From the sequence record NC_048196.1: a DNA stretch of 64,000 nt; one strand, 5' to 3'. Numbering within the stretch: position 1 is the first letter of the stretch; each line of letters opens with the position of its first letter. Position numbers and translations under genes: made by a program. The notes beneath the pieces are model-generated. The model was not told where the DNA came from and made no database searches. It saw only the letters and a list, made by a program, of their open reading frames with translations. Source of the DNA: Escherichia phage vB_EcoM_Schickermooser. Below are positions 1 through 9,545 of the stretch, in pieces.

Positions 1-165
1 AGCAAGTTCTCTTAAACGTAAATAAAATCAGAAAATTCTTGATTTATTTTAGTTTATATGTTAATAAACGTTTAAATAATAATCATTCTCATATAAATAA
101 TAGTCCGTCTGTCATGAGCGGGATTAGTTGACATTGTTCCGTCATATGATGAAGTTGCCAAACCA

Positions 166-196
166 TTGATAAATAAGTGTTTGTGTGATTTATAAT
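166..196 (+). promoter_or_regulatory. sigma70-like promoter candidate (TTGATA-N19-TATAAT)
   Basis: -35 TTGATA 166-171, -10 TATAAT 191-196; spacer is long (19 nt). Confidence 0.3.
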
Positions 197-613
197 CAAG
201 TGGCCCACCTTGTCGCTACGTTGGCATGAGCCTTGCATAAGTCATTGAATACGAATGATAATTATTCTCATTCGCATGATATTTGGGAATTGTCGCTGCG
301 TGGACCTGACGGCCCGAAAATTCGCGTTAAGCACTTCTTACGTATGCGCCATGATTATTGCCATATCATATTGATTCTATTAGATATTCTTGCCATTATT
401 GCCATTAAACAGGGTGTGTCGAAATAATCTCTCCCCGTAGATATTTTGGGTTACTTTTTATACAAGAGTGGGGTGTCAAAAATAATCGGTATATATGGGA
501 TAATTGATAGGAATCCCCTATGATAATTCGATTGTAATTGCCGAAGATTGATCGTATGATGTTGGTGATTGATGATTGCCATGAAAGATGGCTAACGATG
601 AGAGGAGATTGTC

Positions 614-958
614 ATGCAAGAGAGTAAAAATGTTCCGTTAAGTAGTTTACGTCTAATGAAGTTTTACAAAGCTTGGCTTGCTGGTGAGGTAGAAGGTCAC
701 ACAACGAGTGGTTTGTGCATATGTTTGATTAAGTATGTAGAGGGAACATACCCTGATGAACTGTTACCTCGTCTACAACAAGAGATGAAATCCCAGTTTA
801 TTGGTGCAGGACTAGATTACAATTTCCCGTTTAATGAAGGCGGTTATGAGGAATACACCTTCGAACATAAAAAACATATTTGCCATAAAAACAAACATCG
901 TATACAATGGGTGCTAGATAGAATTCAAGATTATGAAGGAGAGAAAAATGCCAAATAA
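614..958 (+). CDS. early paralog family A, member 1 (hypothetical)
   Basis: SD-like GAGGAG upstream; shares FYKAW / TSGLC.CL / GLDYN.PFN / RIQWV motifs with five other ORFs. Confidence 0.6.
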   Translation: MQESKNVPLSSLRLMKFYKAWLAGEVEGHTTSGLCICLIKYVEGTYPDELLPRLQQEMKSQFIGAGLDYNFPFNEGGYEEYTFEHKKHICHKNKHRIQWVLDRIQDYEGEKNAK

Positions 959-1316
959 TATTCCGTTGAGTAGTGCAACATTGCTTCGCTTCTATAAAGC
1001 ATGGATTGCCAACTATCCTGCAATGAATCGCACAACGAGTGGCTTATGTGGTTGTCTGGTAGACTATGTAGATGATTTTGTTGGTGAGACAACTAGAGAA
1101 GAAGATAGAAGATGGCGTGATCATTTGTTAGACCGTTTGAAATATGAAATGAGGAAACAATTTACATGTGCAGGGCTGGACTACAATCTTCCGTTCAATG
1201 CAGATTGCATGGATTACCTTTCAGAGTGTATAAACTTGGCGTGTCATACCAACGAGTTACGTATTCAGTGGGTGAAAGATCGCATTGAAGATGCAAATAA
1301 TGCTTGCATTGAATAA
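948..1316 (+). CDS. early paralog family A, member 2 (hypothetical)
   Basis: start moved to ATG 948 (AAGGAG upstream); same motif set; overlaps previous stop. Confidence 0.6.
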   Translation: MPNNIPLSSATLLRFYKAWIANYPAMNRTTSGLCGCLVDYVDDFVGETTREEDRRWRDHLLDRLKYEMRKQFTCAGLDYNLPFNADCMDYLSECINLACHTNELRIQWVKDRIEDANNACIE

Positions 1317-1365
1317 AGATGTTTGTATAATGGATGACATAACAGATAGCCAATGAGGAGATGAA

Positions 1366-1575
1366 ATGAAGAATTTGAAAACTGTCACAATGTTCTTGAC
1401 TAATCCTACACGTGTGCAAGCACTGGCTAAAGCCAGCCGTGTAGCTGTAGAATTCCAAAACTTTAAGCCGTCCGTTGTGACAGGCAGTGAAACGTGTGTT
1501 ATCGATTTCATTAACGAATACTTCCGAGGGAATCCGGTTGGTCGTTACTTTATTAAGGGTCTGAAGGATGCATAA
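1366..1575 (+). CDS. hypothetical protein
   Basis: ORF with GAGGAG upstream, co-oriented array. Confidence 0.45.
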   Translation: MKNLKTVTMFLTNPTRVQALAKASRVAVEFQNFKPSVVTGSETCVIDFINEYFRGNPVGRYFIKGLKDA

Positions 1576-1576
1576 C

Positions 1577-1798
1577 ATGAAACGCATGAAAATTCGTATT
1601 GAGAATGATGGTGGTTATAAAGGACTTACCCGTGCAAAATTCCCACTTGTGTTGGAAGCTACGGTGGAATACAGTGGGCTTGCTCATGTGCGATTCTCGA
1701 AGATGATGGAAGTGCAGGAATGGTTTTGGGACGAGATAGATGCACGAGAAGGGGAAGATTATGTTTTCTTTCCTCACGAATATGAAATTGTCTATTAA
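1577..1798 (+). CDS. hypothetical protein
   Basis: ATG 1577 after GAAGGA; co-oriented array. Confidence 0.45.
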   Translation: MKRMKIRIENDGGYKGLTRAKFPLVLEATVEYSGLAHVRFSKMMEVQEWFWDEIDAREGEDYVFFPHEYEIVY

Positions 1799-1810
1799 GG
1801 GTTGTGTGCA

Positions 1811-2050
1811 ATGATCACACCACAACAGAATGAAGCAGCAATGGATCTTCTCGATAGTTTGTATTTCGATAATTGGTACTCTGAATGTGAATGGATGAAT
1901 ATGCAAACTCTGAAAGAGAAGACAGAAGCGTTGATTACAGTAGATCAATTTCTTGCAGAGACGGAAAGAATGAATTATGATATGGCATCTCGCGCACGAC
2001 GCGTTTCCATTTTCAATAAAATGTTAGCATTATGGGGAGGTAGAAAATGA
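1811..2050 (+). CDS. hypothetical protein
   Basis: ORF; ATG 1811 preferred over TTG 1802. Confidence 0.4.
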   Translation: MITPQQNEAAMDLLDSLYFDNWYSECEWMNMQTLKEKTEALITVDQFLAETERMNYDMASRARRVSIFNKMLALWGGRK

Positions 2051-2508
2051 AACAACTATCTATACTGGAAGCGCATGTGCAATGTGTTGTAGATTATGTC
2101 AAAGAACACTCAAGTTTGTTGAATGTAACCTGTGCAGTGCAAAACGATGTAGGTATTGTCTGTGTGCAACATATCTTATCTGAAACTCGTTATGAAGTAT
2201 TTCGTGCCACGTTGTTTGGATGTGATCGAGTGCATGTAAACTTCCTGGACTCCAATTATCGTTATGCTTTAGAAAATATTGATGATTATCTTCCTTGCTC
2301 TCCGACAGGATATGTAATGGTAACAGCAAACGAAGTAACACCAAGCAACAGTGAGCGGGAAGCTTTGTTACGGAAGAAAATACGCCAACTGCAAGTGTTG
2401 AATGAACTGAAAGAAGAGATTGAAAAAGAGCTAAAAGAAGATTTTGGTATGCTTCCAAAAGACGCTTTGAAATGGTATGATGAACTAGGAGGAGAGAGCA
2501 ATGTTTAA
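2047..2508 (+). CDS. hypothetical protein
   Basis: GGGGAGG SD upstream; start overlaps previous stop. Confidence 0.55.
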   Translation: MKQLSILEAHVQCVVDYVKEHSSLLNVTCAVQNDVGIVCVQHILSETRYEVFRATLFGCDRVHVNFLDSNYRYALENIDDYLPCSPTGYVMVTANEVTPSNSEREALLRKKIRQLQVLNELKEEIEKELKEDFGMLPKDALKWYDELGGESNV

Positions 2509-2959
2509 AGAAGGTCATGTCTACCGTTTCCAGGATGAGGATTATATGCGACTATATTCTACCTTTGATAACAGTATTGCGGCTATCATTGGAGAGAATT
2601 TTTTCGAGGTGTTGAGCACTGATGCAAATGGTAATATCTTGTCAATGGTTGTAATAGGTATGAGAGATGGTATTATCACTGCTGGTGATGGGGATCGTTA
2701 CATAATCAATTCTGCTCATATAGATTATTTTGTTGACGGCGGTGTTCGTGGTGGTCGTGGAAAACCCCAAGAAGAACCTGTTGATACAACAAAAGAAGAG
2801 TGGTATGTTGTAATGACTGGTGACACCTGTATTTCTGGATCTCAAAATTATGAAGAAGCTTTGAAAGAAGCAGCGGAGCATAAAATGGCTAATCCTACAG
2901 AAGAGGTTGAAGTTTATAAACGTTTGGTTGTTGCTACCATCGGCGTATCTTTTGTTTAA
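2501..2959 (+). CDS. MFK-family protein 1 (hypothetical)
   Basis: N-terminus MFKEGHVYRF and C-terminal EVYKRLVVATIG shared with the next two ORFs. Confidence 0.55.
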   Translation: MFKEGHVYRFQDEDYMRLYSTFDNSIAAIIGENFFEVLSTDANGNILSMVVIGMRDGIITAGDGDRYIINSAHIDYFVDGGVRGGRGKPQEEPVDTTKEEWYVVMTGDTCISGSQNYEEALKEAAEHKMANPTEEVEVYKRLVVATIGVSFV

Positions 2960-2971
2960 AAGGAGAATGTT

Positions 2972-3757
2972 ATGTTTAAAGTAGGTTTTGTTTACAACTT
3001 CAAATCGGAAGATACCAAAAACAATTTTGGTAAAGCTAGTATTCGTAATGCCTTTTTTGTAGGTTGCATCCAAGATAGTAAATTTAAAGTTTTGGATGTT
3101 GATTTTCTTGGTTCTGTATCCAAGGTGAAGGTATTAGACACAAATAAAATCATCGAAGGTGGTTCTGGGCTTTTCCCTGAAGGTTATAAGCTTGTAAGTT
3201 GTATGGATTATACTCGTTTTGAAGAACATACTCCTGAAGATTATGAAGATTCTCCTACAGGAGGCTGTGTCTTTGTAGAAGGTGGTGTCTATAAGTTTGC
3301 AAGTGAACAAGATCGTAAGCTTTTCGCCAATTATATTGACGGAGGACAAACGACAAACAATGTAAACCGAAAAATTTCCGATCTTATTGGTGATGATCCT
3401 TTCGTGATCACAAAGATGGTTGGACAAGATGTAACAGCAATCCGTAGGCTTGTATGTAATACAAATCATGTAGCAGGTGAAGGTTGGTTCAAGGAAGCTT
3501 GTGCGCTGCTAATCAAAAGCGATAACCCTTATTTTAAAAATATTAAAGATGTTGTTGAGCCTAAACAAGAGGAATCCGCAGCGAATTTTAAACACTATGC
3601 TATTGTTAAAGGTATGAATGTCCAACTGGTGTCACATTCTTACGAAGAGATCGCCACAGAAGCAAAAAAGATGAAAGAAGAATACCCAATTTCTACTGTT
3701 GAGATCTATGAGCGTATTGGTGTTGTTAGTATTGAGCCTACTGCGGTAATAAAATAA
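2972..3757 (+). CDS. MFK-family protein 2 (hypothetical)
   Basis: N-terminus MFKVGFVYNF; AAGGAG SD upstream. Confidence 0.6.
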   Translation: MFKVGFVYNFKSEDTKNNFGKASIRNAFFVGCIQDSKFKVLDVDFLGSVSKVKVLDTNKIIEGGSGLFPEGYKLVSCMDYTRFEEHTPEDYEDSPTGGCVFVEGGVYKFASEQDRKLFANYIDGGQTTNNVNRKISDLIGDDPFVITKMVGQDVTAIRRLVCNTNHVAGEGWFKEACALLIKSDNPYFKNIKDVVEPKQEESAANFKHYAIVKGMNVQLVSHSYEEIATEAKKMKEEYPISTVEIYERIGVVSIEPTAVIK

Positions 3758-3766
3758 GGAGCTATT

Positions 3767-4204
3767 ATGTTCAAAGCTAATGCTGTTTACTGTTTCAAAA
3801 GCAAAGCTGCATGTGAAGCTTTCTCTACAATCTCTGATGAAAATTTCAAAATGGCAGCTTTGATTGAAGGGTCTTGTTTCCGCGTCGAAGATGTTAGTGA
3901 ATCAGGATCTGTTTGCTCGTTGACTTTATTGGACAGCGGAGATATTATTGAAGCTGGACAGTATCCGTTCAGAAGTTGGGAGATATTGTTAGCTCGCGGA
4001 GAGCGTAACTTTTTTATGTGCGTGTCTGCGGGGGAAGTTGTGAAAGAAACTAAGGATGTTTCTGTTTACAATTCTGAATTTATAAGTTATAGTGAGTATC
4101 AACATCTGGAAGGCATTGTTGGTCACTTGTTATCTCTGATTGACATTGAATGTGATTTGCCTGAATCATTGAAAGAAGAGTTGAAAGCATTAGATCTGCT
4201 GTAA
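3767..4204 (+). CDS. MFK-family protein 3 (hypothetical)
   Basis: N-terminus MFKANAVYCF; AAGGAG SD upstream. Confidence 0.55.
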   Translation: MFKANAVYCFKSKAACEAFSTISDENFKMAALIEGSCFRVEDVSESGSVCSLTLLDSGDIIEAGQYPFRSWEILLARGERNFFMCVSAGEVVKETKDVSVYNSEFISYSEYQHLEGIVGHLLSLIDIECDLPESLKEELKALDLL

Positions 4205-4231
4205 TGTTCCGCACAACGAAAGGAGAATAAA

Positions 4232-4531
4232 ATGAATCTGACCGAACAGTTACGCCGTATTGCAAAAGAAGCTTCCTTCAACTTCCCTGTTGAAGAAGTG
4301 ATCGAGACATGTTTTGCTGAAGCACGAGCGGGAAACTCTTCAAGAAATTTCACGCCATCTGATTTTGGTCTGGATAATTCCCCTACCCACCCAGGGGAAA
4401 TCTACAATCAGGTGAAATGGATGGATGAAGCAGTAGCAATTCTTCGTGAGCGTGGGCTTGTTGTTTATAAAGAAATGGATCTGAACGGGGCATACGAGTG
4501 GATCACTATTGATTGGTCGGAGGTGAAATAA
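4232..4531 (+). CDS. hypothetical protein
   Basis: AAGGAG SD upstream. Confidence 0.55.
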   Translation: MNLTEQLRRIAKEASFNFPVEEVIETCFAEARAGNSSRNFTPSDFGLDNSPTHPGEIYNQVKWMDEAVAILRERGLVVYKEMDLNGAYEWITIDWSEVK

Positions 4532-4740
4532 TGGTTACTATTACATTGACAGTTACACAAGAGCAAGCAGAAGAATTACGTGATGCAGTGGCATACATGG
4601 GACGCTCTTATTATATGCCTTATAAATCACAAGATGTTTTTGCTACAGCCATTGAGAAAGCTTTAAACAAATATCGAGAAACTCATGCCGTTCCTAAAGT
4701 AGCAGCAGAAGAGTTTGGCACTTGGCACGAAGTTAACTAA
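4531..4740 (+). CDS. hypothetical protein
   Basis: ATG 4531 overlaps upstream stop (TAATG); GGAGGTGA SD. Confidence 0.5.
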   Translation: MVTITLTVTQEQAEELRDAVAYMGRSYYMPYKSQDVFATAIEKALNKYRETHAVPKVAAEEFGTWHEVN

Positions 4741-4750
4741 GGAGGTATCG

Positions 4751-4984
4751 ATGAAAGGTAACAAGATGAAAGTTAATCAGGTACCGAGTGCATACACTTT
4801 GTGGCTTGCGCGAGCGTTACACCAGACGATCAAAAATCCTAAGAAGCCAATGAAGAGTGGGAAGAAGTTTATGTCTAAGGGCAAAACAACCTTTGGCTTC
4901 ACTCGTATGTCTGTTAAGATGAAAAGACTGGGGTATAAGCCAAACTACGCTCGTTACCCTTCCGAATACAACTGGTTTGACTAA
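4751..4984 (+). CDS. hypothetical basic protein
   Basis: ATG 4751 after AAGGAGG; lysine-rich product. Confidence 0.5.
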   Translation: MKGNKMKVNQVPSAYTLWLARALHQTIKNPKKPMKSGKKFMSKGKTTFGFTRMSVKMKRLGYKPNYARYPSEYNWFD

Positions 4985-4999
4985 AGAGGAGAACAAAAC

Positions 5000-5302
5000 A
5001 TGAAAACATTTATTCGCGTAAAACATGATCCGAACAGCAGTTACCCATACGCGTATGTTGAACGTCATGAAGGAGACTATTACACCATAAAACGTAAAGT
5101 CCCAACTGATACAGGGTTTAACTTCGATGTTATCGCACTGGATGATCAAGGTGTTGATAATCTGGTGAACGCATTACTCGCATTGAAGGAAGCACGATAT
5201 GAAAATCCGACTAATCGAAAAGGGGATACCATCTTCGAAACCCGTAAAGGGGAGATCACAGAGATTCCAGGAGAAAGATTATGGCTACTTTTCAACAACT
5301 GA
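5000..5302 (+). CDS. hypothetical protein
   Basis: AGAGGAG SD upstream. Confidence 0.55.
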   Translation: MKTFIRVKHDPNSSYPYAYVERHEGDYYTIKRKVPTDTGFNFDVIALDDQGVDNLVNALLALKEARYENPTNRKGDTIFETRKGEITEIPGERLWLLFNN

Positions 5303-5458
5303 AAGATGTTTCACGTTTAGTAAGAAAAATCCGAGAAGCAGACGCTGCTGTGCGAAATGCACTAACACCAGCAGAGCGTGAAGATCTTGAAGAGGAGGTG
5401 AAAACAGCCGAGAATGCTTTTGCTGCGTATCTTTCAACACTGCACACAGGAGGTTAAA
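5282..5458 (+). CDS. hypothetical small protein (58 aa)
   Basis: ATG 5282 after GGAGAAAG; stop overlaps next ATG (TAAATG). Confidence 0.4.
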
Positions 5459-5772
5459 TGTCAGAGGAACTTAAAGAATTTTATCAGGCATATCATAACT
5501 GGCTGTTAGCTGGTGCTCCAGATAATAATCCTTTCTGGCATGATAAAGGGTTATGTAGCTGCCTATATCTTTGGTCGGGTGGTTATGATGACCTAAATTA
5601 TGAAATGCAAATGCAATTCCGCGAAGCAGGTTTGTCTGAAGAATACCCGTTTGATGATGGGGATTGGTTTAAATATGATTTTGCACAAAGAAACGGGCTG
5701 CTACATTTGAATGCTGCCCGTATAAAATGGGTAAAAGATCATGCTACACAGGAGGATGTGCAATGCCTATAG
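5458..5772 (+). CDS. early paralog family A, member 3 (hypothetical)
   Basis: motifs FYQAYHNWL / GLCSCL / RIKWVKDH. Confidence 0.6.
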   Translation: MSEELKEFYQAYHNWLLAGAPDNNPFWHDKGLCSCLYLWSGGYDDLNYEMQMQFREAGLSEEYPFDDGDWFKYDFAQRNGLLHLNAARIKWVKDHATQEDVQCL

Positions 5773-5963
5773 TGTTTGTTTTCTTGGCGATTGCTATGGT
5801 AGTTCTTTTCGCTGCATGGCTTTGGGATTTTGACCCAGGAGCCGCGCAGCAAAGAGCTACGGACTTGAAAGAACAATGTATTGTGCTCAAACATGAACGA
5901 AATGCGGAGAAATTTCTTGACCTGGAGTGTGATCGCCTTGTAAGATACAAGCAAGACAAATAA
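5763..5963 (+). CDS. small membrane protein
   Basis: ATG 5763 after CAGGAGG; hydrophobic stretch IVFVFLAIAMVVLFAAWLW. Confidence 0.5.
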   Translation: MPIVFVFLAIAMVVLFAAWLWDFDPGAAQQRATDLKEQCIVLKHERNAEKFLDLECDRLVRYKQDK

Positions 5964-5977
5964 CCTTGAGGTGCAAA

Positions 5978-6166
5978 ATGGTAATTGAGATTAAACTTGA
6001 GTATGCTGGCGCTGTTGCTCTGATCGCACAAATGCTTGGAGCAAAGATTGAAGAAGTGTATATCAACGCTTGGAGCGTAGAGATTGATGTTCCTATGGAC
6101 AACATTGCTAATCGCTTGCTGGTGGCAGAGTGTGAACGCACCAACATAATCTACAAAGGAGCATAA
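5978..6166 (+). CDS. hypothetical protein
   Basis: ATG 5978 after GAGGTG. Confidence 0.45.
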   Translation: MVIEIKLEYAGAVALIAQMLGAKIEEVYINAWSVEIDVPMDNIANRLLVAECERTNIIYKGA

Positions 6167-6167
6167 T

Positions 6168-6389
6168 ATGAAAATTAGAGTTTGTGATGTATTGGGTTAT
6201 GTTGGTTTTGAGAATGTTCAGATTCCTTTTGTTGTTGAAGCACATCTTGTTAGTGAGGATATGACAACATTCTTTGTTACGATAGAAGAAATGTCCAAAG
6301 TCGAGGGATGGGAGTGGTTTGAAGAAGATGTTTGGGAAGGTTGTGATTACGTATTCTTCTCTGACGAAGTGAAGGTTCTTGCGGAGTAG
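6168..6389 (+). CDS. hypothetical protein
   Basis: AAGGAG SD upstream. Confidence 0.5.
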   Translation: MKIRVCDVLGYVGFENVQIPFVVEAHLVSEDMTTFFVTIEEMSKVEGWEWFEEDVWEGCDYVFFSDEVKVLAE

Positions 6390-6391
6390 GC

Positions 6392-6598
6392 ATGTCTTGT
6401 TTTACGAAAGCAGTGTCCATATGTAAGAAACAGTATGAAAGTGATTACGGAATATTTAATATTCCTGCGGATCATACAGAGTATTGTTCATGCGGTGGCA
6501 GAATGAAGAAAACAGTGATTTATGCGGATAATGGAGATGAACTTGTTCCGGTTATTGTTTGCAAAGCTTGTCATTCTGTTAAAACATTAAAAGCGTAA
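6392..6598 (+). CDS. small zinc-ribbon-like protein
   Basis: Cys pairs CSCGG ... CKACH. Confidence 0.45.
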   Translation: MSCFTKAVSICKKQYESDYGIFNIPADHTEYCSCGGRMKKTVIYADNGDELVPVIVCKACHSVKTLKA

Positions 6599-6694
6599 GG
6601 AGTCGGGACACCCGACGATTGGAGCTAAAAATTTTGCGTACAACCCTTTCTGCCCAACAGGGGGCGCATCGGGTAAACAAAGAGGAGAGTTTAT

Positions 6695-7093
6695 ATGAAA
6701 AAGATCATCGTAGGTTTCTTGTTACTCATTGCATCACTTGGAACAGCAAATGCGTCTCAAGTTTATGAGTGTGTGTCAGATGTGGTTGTTAAAAATCTGA
6801 AAGGTGAAGTGATTTCTGGTCCTAAGAAAATGGCTTCTGTTGTCATTAATAAAGATAACTCCTTTATCCTTAAAAATTCAGGTGGTGCTTTGATGAGTGG
6901 CATTCTGCAATACACAGGAGAAAAAAGTAAAGATGGTAGTGCTATGTACGGTTCACAACAATTTATTGGCACTACTGAAGTGGTTATGCTACGCACAGAA
7001 TATCGGGACACTTTAGCTTGGTTTGCATTTCTTAAAAATGATAAAACAATAACAAATGTTCTTACTCTAGAAGCTGATTGTACTCAACACTAA
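6695..7093 (+). CDS. secreted/periplasmic protein (signal peptide)
   Basis: N-terminus MKKIIVGFLLLIASLGTANA with AxA-type cleavage site; AGAGGAG SD. Confidence 0.6.
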   Translation: MKKIIVGFLLLIASLGTANASQVYECVSDVVVKNLKGEVISGPKKMASVVINKDNSFILKNSGGALMSGILQYTGEKSKDGSAMYGSQQFIGTTEVVMLRTEYRDTLAWFAFLKNDKTITNVLTLEADCTQH

Positions 7094-7180
7094 GAGAGTT
7101 CACCGTAAGATGTTCGAAATCATATTTTTCACTGTGTGTATATTTCTTTTAGGTAGCTTAGTTTATGAATAGGAGTTTAA

Positions 7181-7639
7181 ATGTCTAAAGTTAAACATTA
7201 TGGTGTAAATTGGAGTGATGCTTGGCCTCTATGTAAAGATGACCCTACAGAAGGGACATTTGTAAGATACGAGGATTATAAAGAATTATTAGATGCTGTG
7301 ATCGCATTGTTAGACGATATTCGTTCACGTTATCCAGGACAAGACTTCACTTGTCCTCACATTCAACTTCTTGCTTGTCTAGTAGAAGGTTTGCCAAAGG
7401 AGGTAGAAGAAGGGTTTAAGCGTGTGCAATATCAAGGTGAAACTCTAGATGTTCCTGAATTTGTTAATTATATTACAACAGATTCAAGTGGTGATCGTTA
7501 TGGTTACAGTCATAAGCCAGAGATTCCAGATTTCGTTCATGCTTGGCGTATTCCTTATGAAGTAATCAATGTTGCAGATTGTTGGTATTTAGGAGAAGGA
7601 GACAGCCGTAATTGGCGTGACTCTTTGATTCAGGTTTAA
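7181..7639 (+). CDS. hypothetical protein
   Basis: AGGAG SD upstream. Confidence 0.55.
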   Translation: MSKVKHYGVNWSDAWPLCKDDPTEGTFVRYEDYKELLDAVIALLDDIRSRYPGQDFTCPHIQLLACLVEGLPKEVEEGFKRVQYQGETLDVPEFVNYITTDSSGDRYGYSHKPEIPDFVHAWRIPYEVINVADCWYLGEGDSRNWRDSLIQV

Positions 7640-7643
7640 CAAT

Positions 7644-7907
7644 ATGAAAGAAACATTGCCAGCAGCATATCGTTTGAATGATGAACGTATTTGGGAGTGG
7701 ACCGACGTTTCTTGCTTTTACCCCGAAATAGTTCAGTATTGGCGAGCAAAAGGGTGTGTTGTAGTTATCAATCCTTGTGGACCAGTAGATGAAGATTGCT
7801 TGTATCTCGATGGGAAGTGGCACAGTTATTGTCGCTGGCCTTTTGAGTGGATGTGTAAAGAAGATCTCCCAGAGGGCTGGGAGTATCCAAAAGCAAATAG
7901 GAGATAA
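7644..7907 (+). CDS. hypothetical protein
   Basis: ORF in co-oriented array. Confidence 0.45.
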   Translation: MKETLPAAYRLNDERIWEWTDVSCFYPEIVQYWRAKGCVVVINPCGPVDEDCLYLDGKWHSYCRWPFEWMCKEDLPEGWEYPKANRR

Positions 7908-7908
7908 T

Positions 7909-8271
7909 ATGTCTAAAGATTTTGTTGAAGTATTTGTCAAAGATGAAGAAACTGGTTTAGGCACGGGTTTCATTTGTGAAGAAACTTTTAAACGTGAACA
8001 AGAAAAAGCTATCCTTATGCGAAACTATGATCATGCATTAGAACAATGGAAAAATGCAGAACAAAAATGCAAAAACCTTTATGCAGAAAATAGAAAACTA
8101 CAAGATCAAATGGAGTTGTTAGCTATCAGTTTACGATCTCTCATTTTGGCTGTAGAAGACGGTTTTAAAAATCCAGATGGTTTTCCTGTGAGCGATATTG
8201 AACATGATTTGTATCTTGCTCGTGGTGCTTACTTTTATGTTAAACAGAAGTCTGTAGAAGGAGAGAAGTGA
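7909..8271 (+). CDS. hypothetical protein
   Basis: ATG 7909 after TAGGAGA; upstream part of the listed ORF overlaps the previous gene. Confidence 0.5.
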   Translation: MSKDFVEVFVKDEETGLGTGFICEETFKREQEKAILMRNYDHALEQWKNAEQKCKNLYAENRKLQDQMELLAISLRSLILAVEDGFKNPDGFPVSDIEHDLYLARGAYFYVKQKSVEGEK

Positions 8272-8468
8272 TGGAAGAAAAACTGGAACGTATTATCGAG
8301 TTAGCCATGTCTATTGGCTACGACGATTGTTTTCTCCAAACTATTGGAGAAACACAGAACGATTACGACTCTTGGGTGAAAGAGTTGGAAGAACTCAAAA
8401 CTTCCTTGATTGCTGACTTTGCTGAAGCAGAGGATAAAGCGGATCGTTACAACTATCTGTGTCGATAA
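8268..8468 (+). CDS. hypothetical protein
   Basis: start overlaps previous stop (ATGA-type). Confidence 0.45.
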   Translation: MMEEKLERIIELAMSIGYDDCFLQTIGETQNDYDSWVKELEELKTSLIADFAEAEDKADRYNYLCR

Positions 8469-8471
8469 ACC

Positions 8472-8499
8472 TTGACATTTCTTTTATGTATGGTATACA
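8472..8499 (+). promoter_or_regulatory. sigma70-like promoter candidate
   Basis: TTGACA 8472-8477, 16-nt spacer, TATACA. Confidence 0.4.
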
Positions 8500-8529
8500 T
8501 ACATTATCAACACAGATAAGGAGAGAAAA

Positions 8530-8874
8530 ATGATTAAACTTTTATGTGCAGAGTCTTCTGTCGAGTTCCTTAAAGAGGGTAAGCAGTATCTAGCTTCCCA
8601 AGTTATAGATAATCCAGGTTTGTTTTATATTACAGACGAAGAAGGGGATACCCTGTGTATCTCTTTGATTATGGATTGTGGTCGGTTTCATGTAATTGAG
8701 GATGACACTATTCGTCTCTTTGAGGTTTCCTACACAAAAGACAATGGTCCTGTCCGTAAATATCAAATTCCCGCAAAATCCGCCTTTAACGCATGTGTAC
8801 GATTAGGTCAAATCTACGGGGACGATAAAGATTGTCGTGAAGATGTATTTATCAACGTGATCGAGGTAAAATAA
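8530..8874 (+). CDS. hypothetical protein
   Basis: AAGGAGAG SD upstream. Confidence 0.55.
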   Translation: MIKLLCAESSVEFLKEGKQYLASQVIDNPGLFYITDEEGDTLCISLIMDCGRFHVIEDDTIRLFEVSYTKDNGPVRKYQIPAKSAFNACVRLGQIYGDDKDCREDVFINVIEVK

Positions 8875-9200
8875 TGAAAACAAGTAAAGATTTGATGGAG
8901 TTTTATAAAATTTATCTAGCATGGATTGATGTTGGTGCTCCTGATGGTAAACCTTTTCGGCGGGATTGTGGTTTGTGTGCCAACTTGTTCGATTATGTGC
9001 ACAGAGGTAATTACAACCCCATTATAACAACCTTGTCAGATGAAATGCACGCACAGTTTTACCATAAAGGGTTGAATCAAGGACTCCCTTTCAATGAGAA
9101 CTACGATGCATATGTCTTAGAGTCAGATGCAGATGCCTGTCACCTGAACGTGGACAGAATTAATTGGGTAAGAGATCGTATTGCAGAGGAGGATGAATAA
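8874..9200 (+). CDS. early paralog family A, member 4 (hypothetical)
   Basis: motifs FYKIYLAWI / GLCANL / RINWVRDRI. Confidence 0.6.
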   Translation: MKTSKDLMEFYKIYLAWIDVGAPDGKPFRRDCGLCANLFDYVHRGNYNPIITTLSDEMHAQFYHKGLNQGLPFNENYDAYVLESDADACHLNVDRINWVRDRIAEEDE

Positions 9201-9417
9201 TGTCGGATTATAACTGGTATGAACTTGAAGCTGTTTGTCAGTTTTATGACTCAATAGTTCTGCGTGATCCAATCTGTCAAGAATTGAGTCGCCGTGCAAT
9301 GCAGAGGAGGATGAATAATGTCGGATTATAACTGGTATGAACTTGAAGCTGTTTGTCAGTTTTATGACTCAATAGTTCTGCGTGATCCAATCTGTCAAGA
9401 ATTGAGTCGCCGTGCAA
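9182..9417 (+). repeat. perfect tandem duplication, 2 x 118 bp
   Basis: 9182-9299 is identical base-for-base to 9300-9417. Confidence 0.9.
9200..9331 (+). pseudogene. truncated duplicate of the N-terminus of the 9318 gene (43 codons)
   Basis: first repeat copy carries the same ATG and first 33 codons (MSDYNWYELEAVCQFYDSIVLRDPICQELSRRA), then shifts frame and stops. Confidence 0.4.
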
Positions 9418-9545
9418 GTGCATTGGCAATCCGTGTTAAAATAAACGGTTGGAACGCAGATTTGGAAAAAGAGTTGGAATTTCTCTTAGAAAACACGCGG
9501 GTCTTCCGCAAAGTGTTCCCTGAATGGTTTGAGATGGAAGAATGA
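9318..9545 (+). CDS. hypothetical protein
   Basis: ORF starting in the second repeat copy; GAGGAGG upstream. Confidence 0.5.
   Translation: MSDYNWYELEAVCQFYDSIVLRDPICQELSRRASALAIRVKINGWNADLEKELEFLLENTRVFRKVFPEWFEMEE

Noticed and set aside
233-427. 64-aa ORF in the first 600 bp
   Set aside because: No convincing SD, low-complexity hydrophobic C-terminus, embedded in an AT-rich promoter-like leader. Left unannotated.
1195-1587. 130-aa and 84-aa minus-strand ORFs antisense to plus-strand early genes
   Set aside because: They lie entirely antisense to SD-preceded, co-oriented plus-strand genes in a strictly plus-strand block. Same reasoning applies to 2099-2518, 2642-3073, 3134-3469, 4817-5149, 7566-7973 and 13168-13585.
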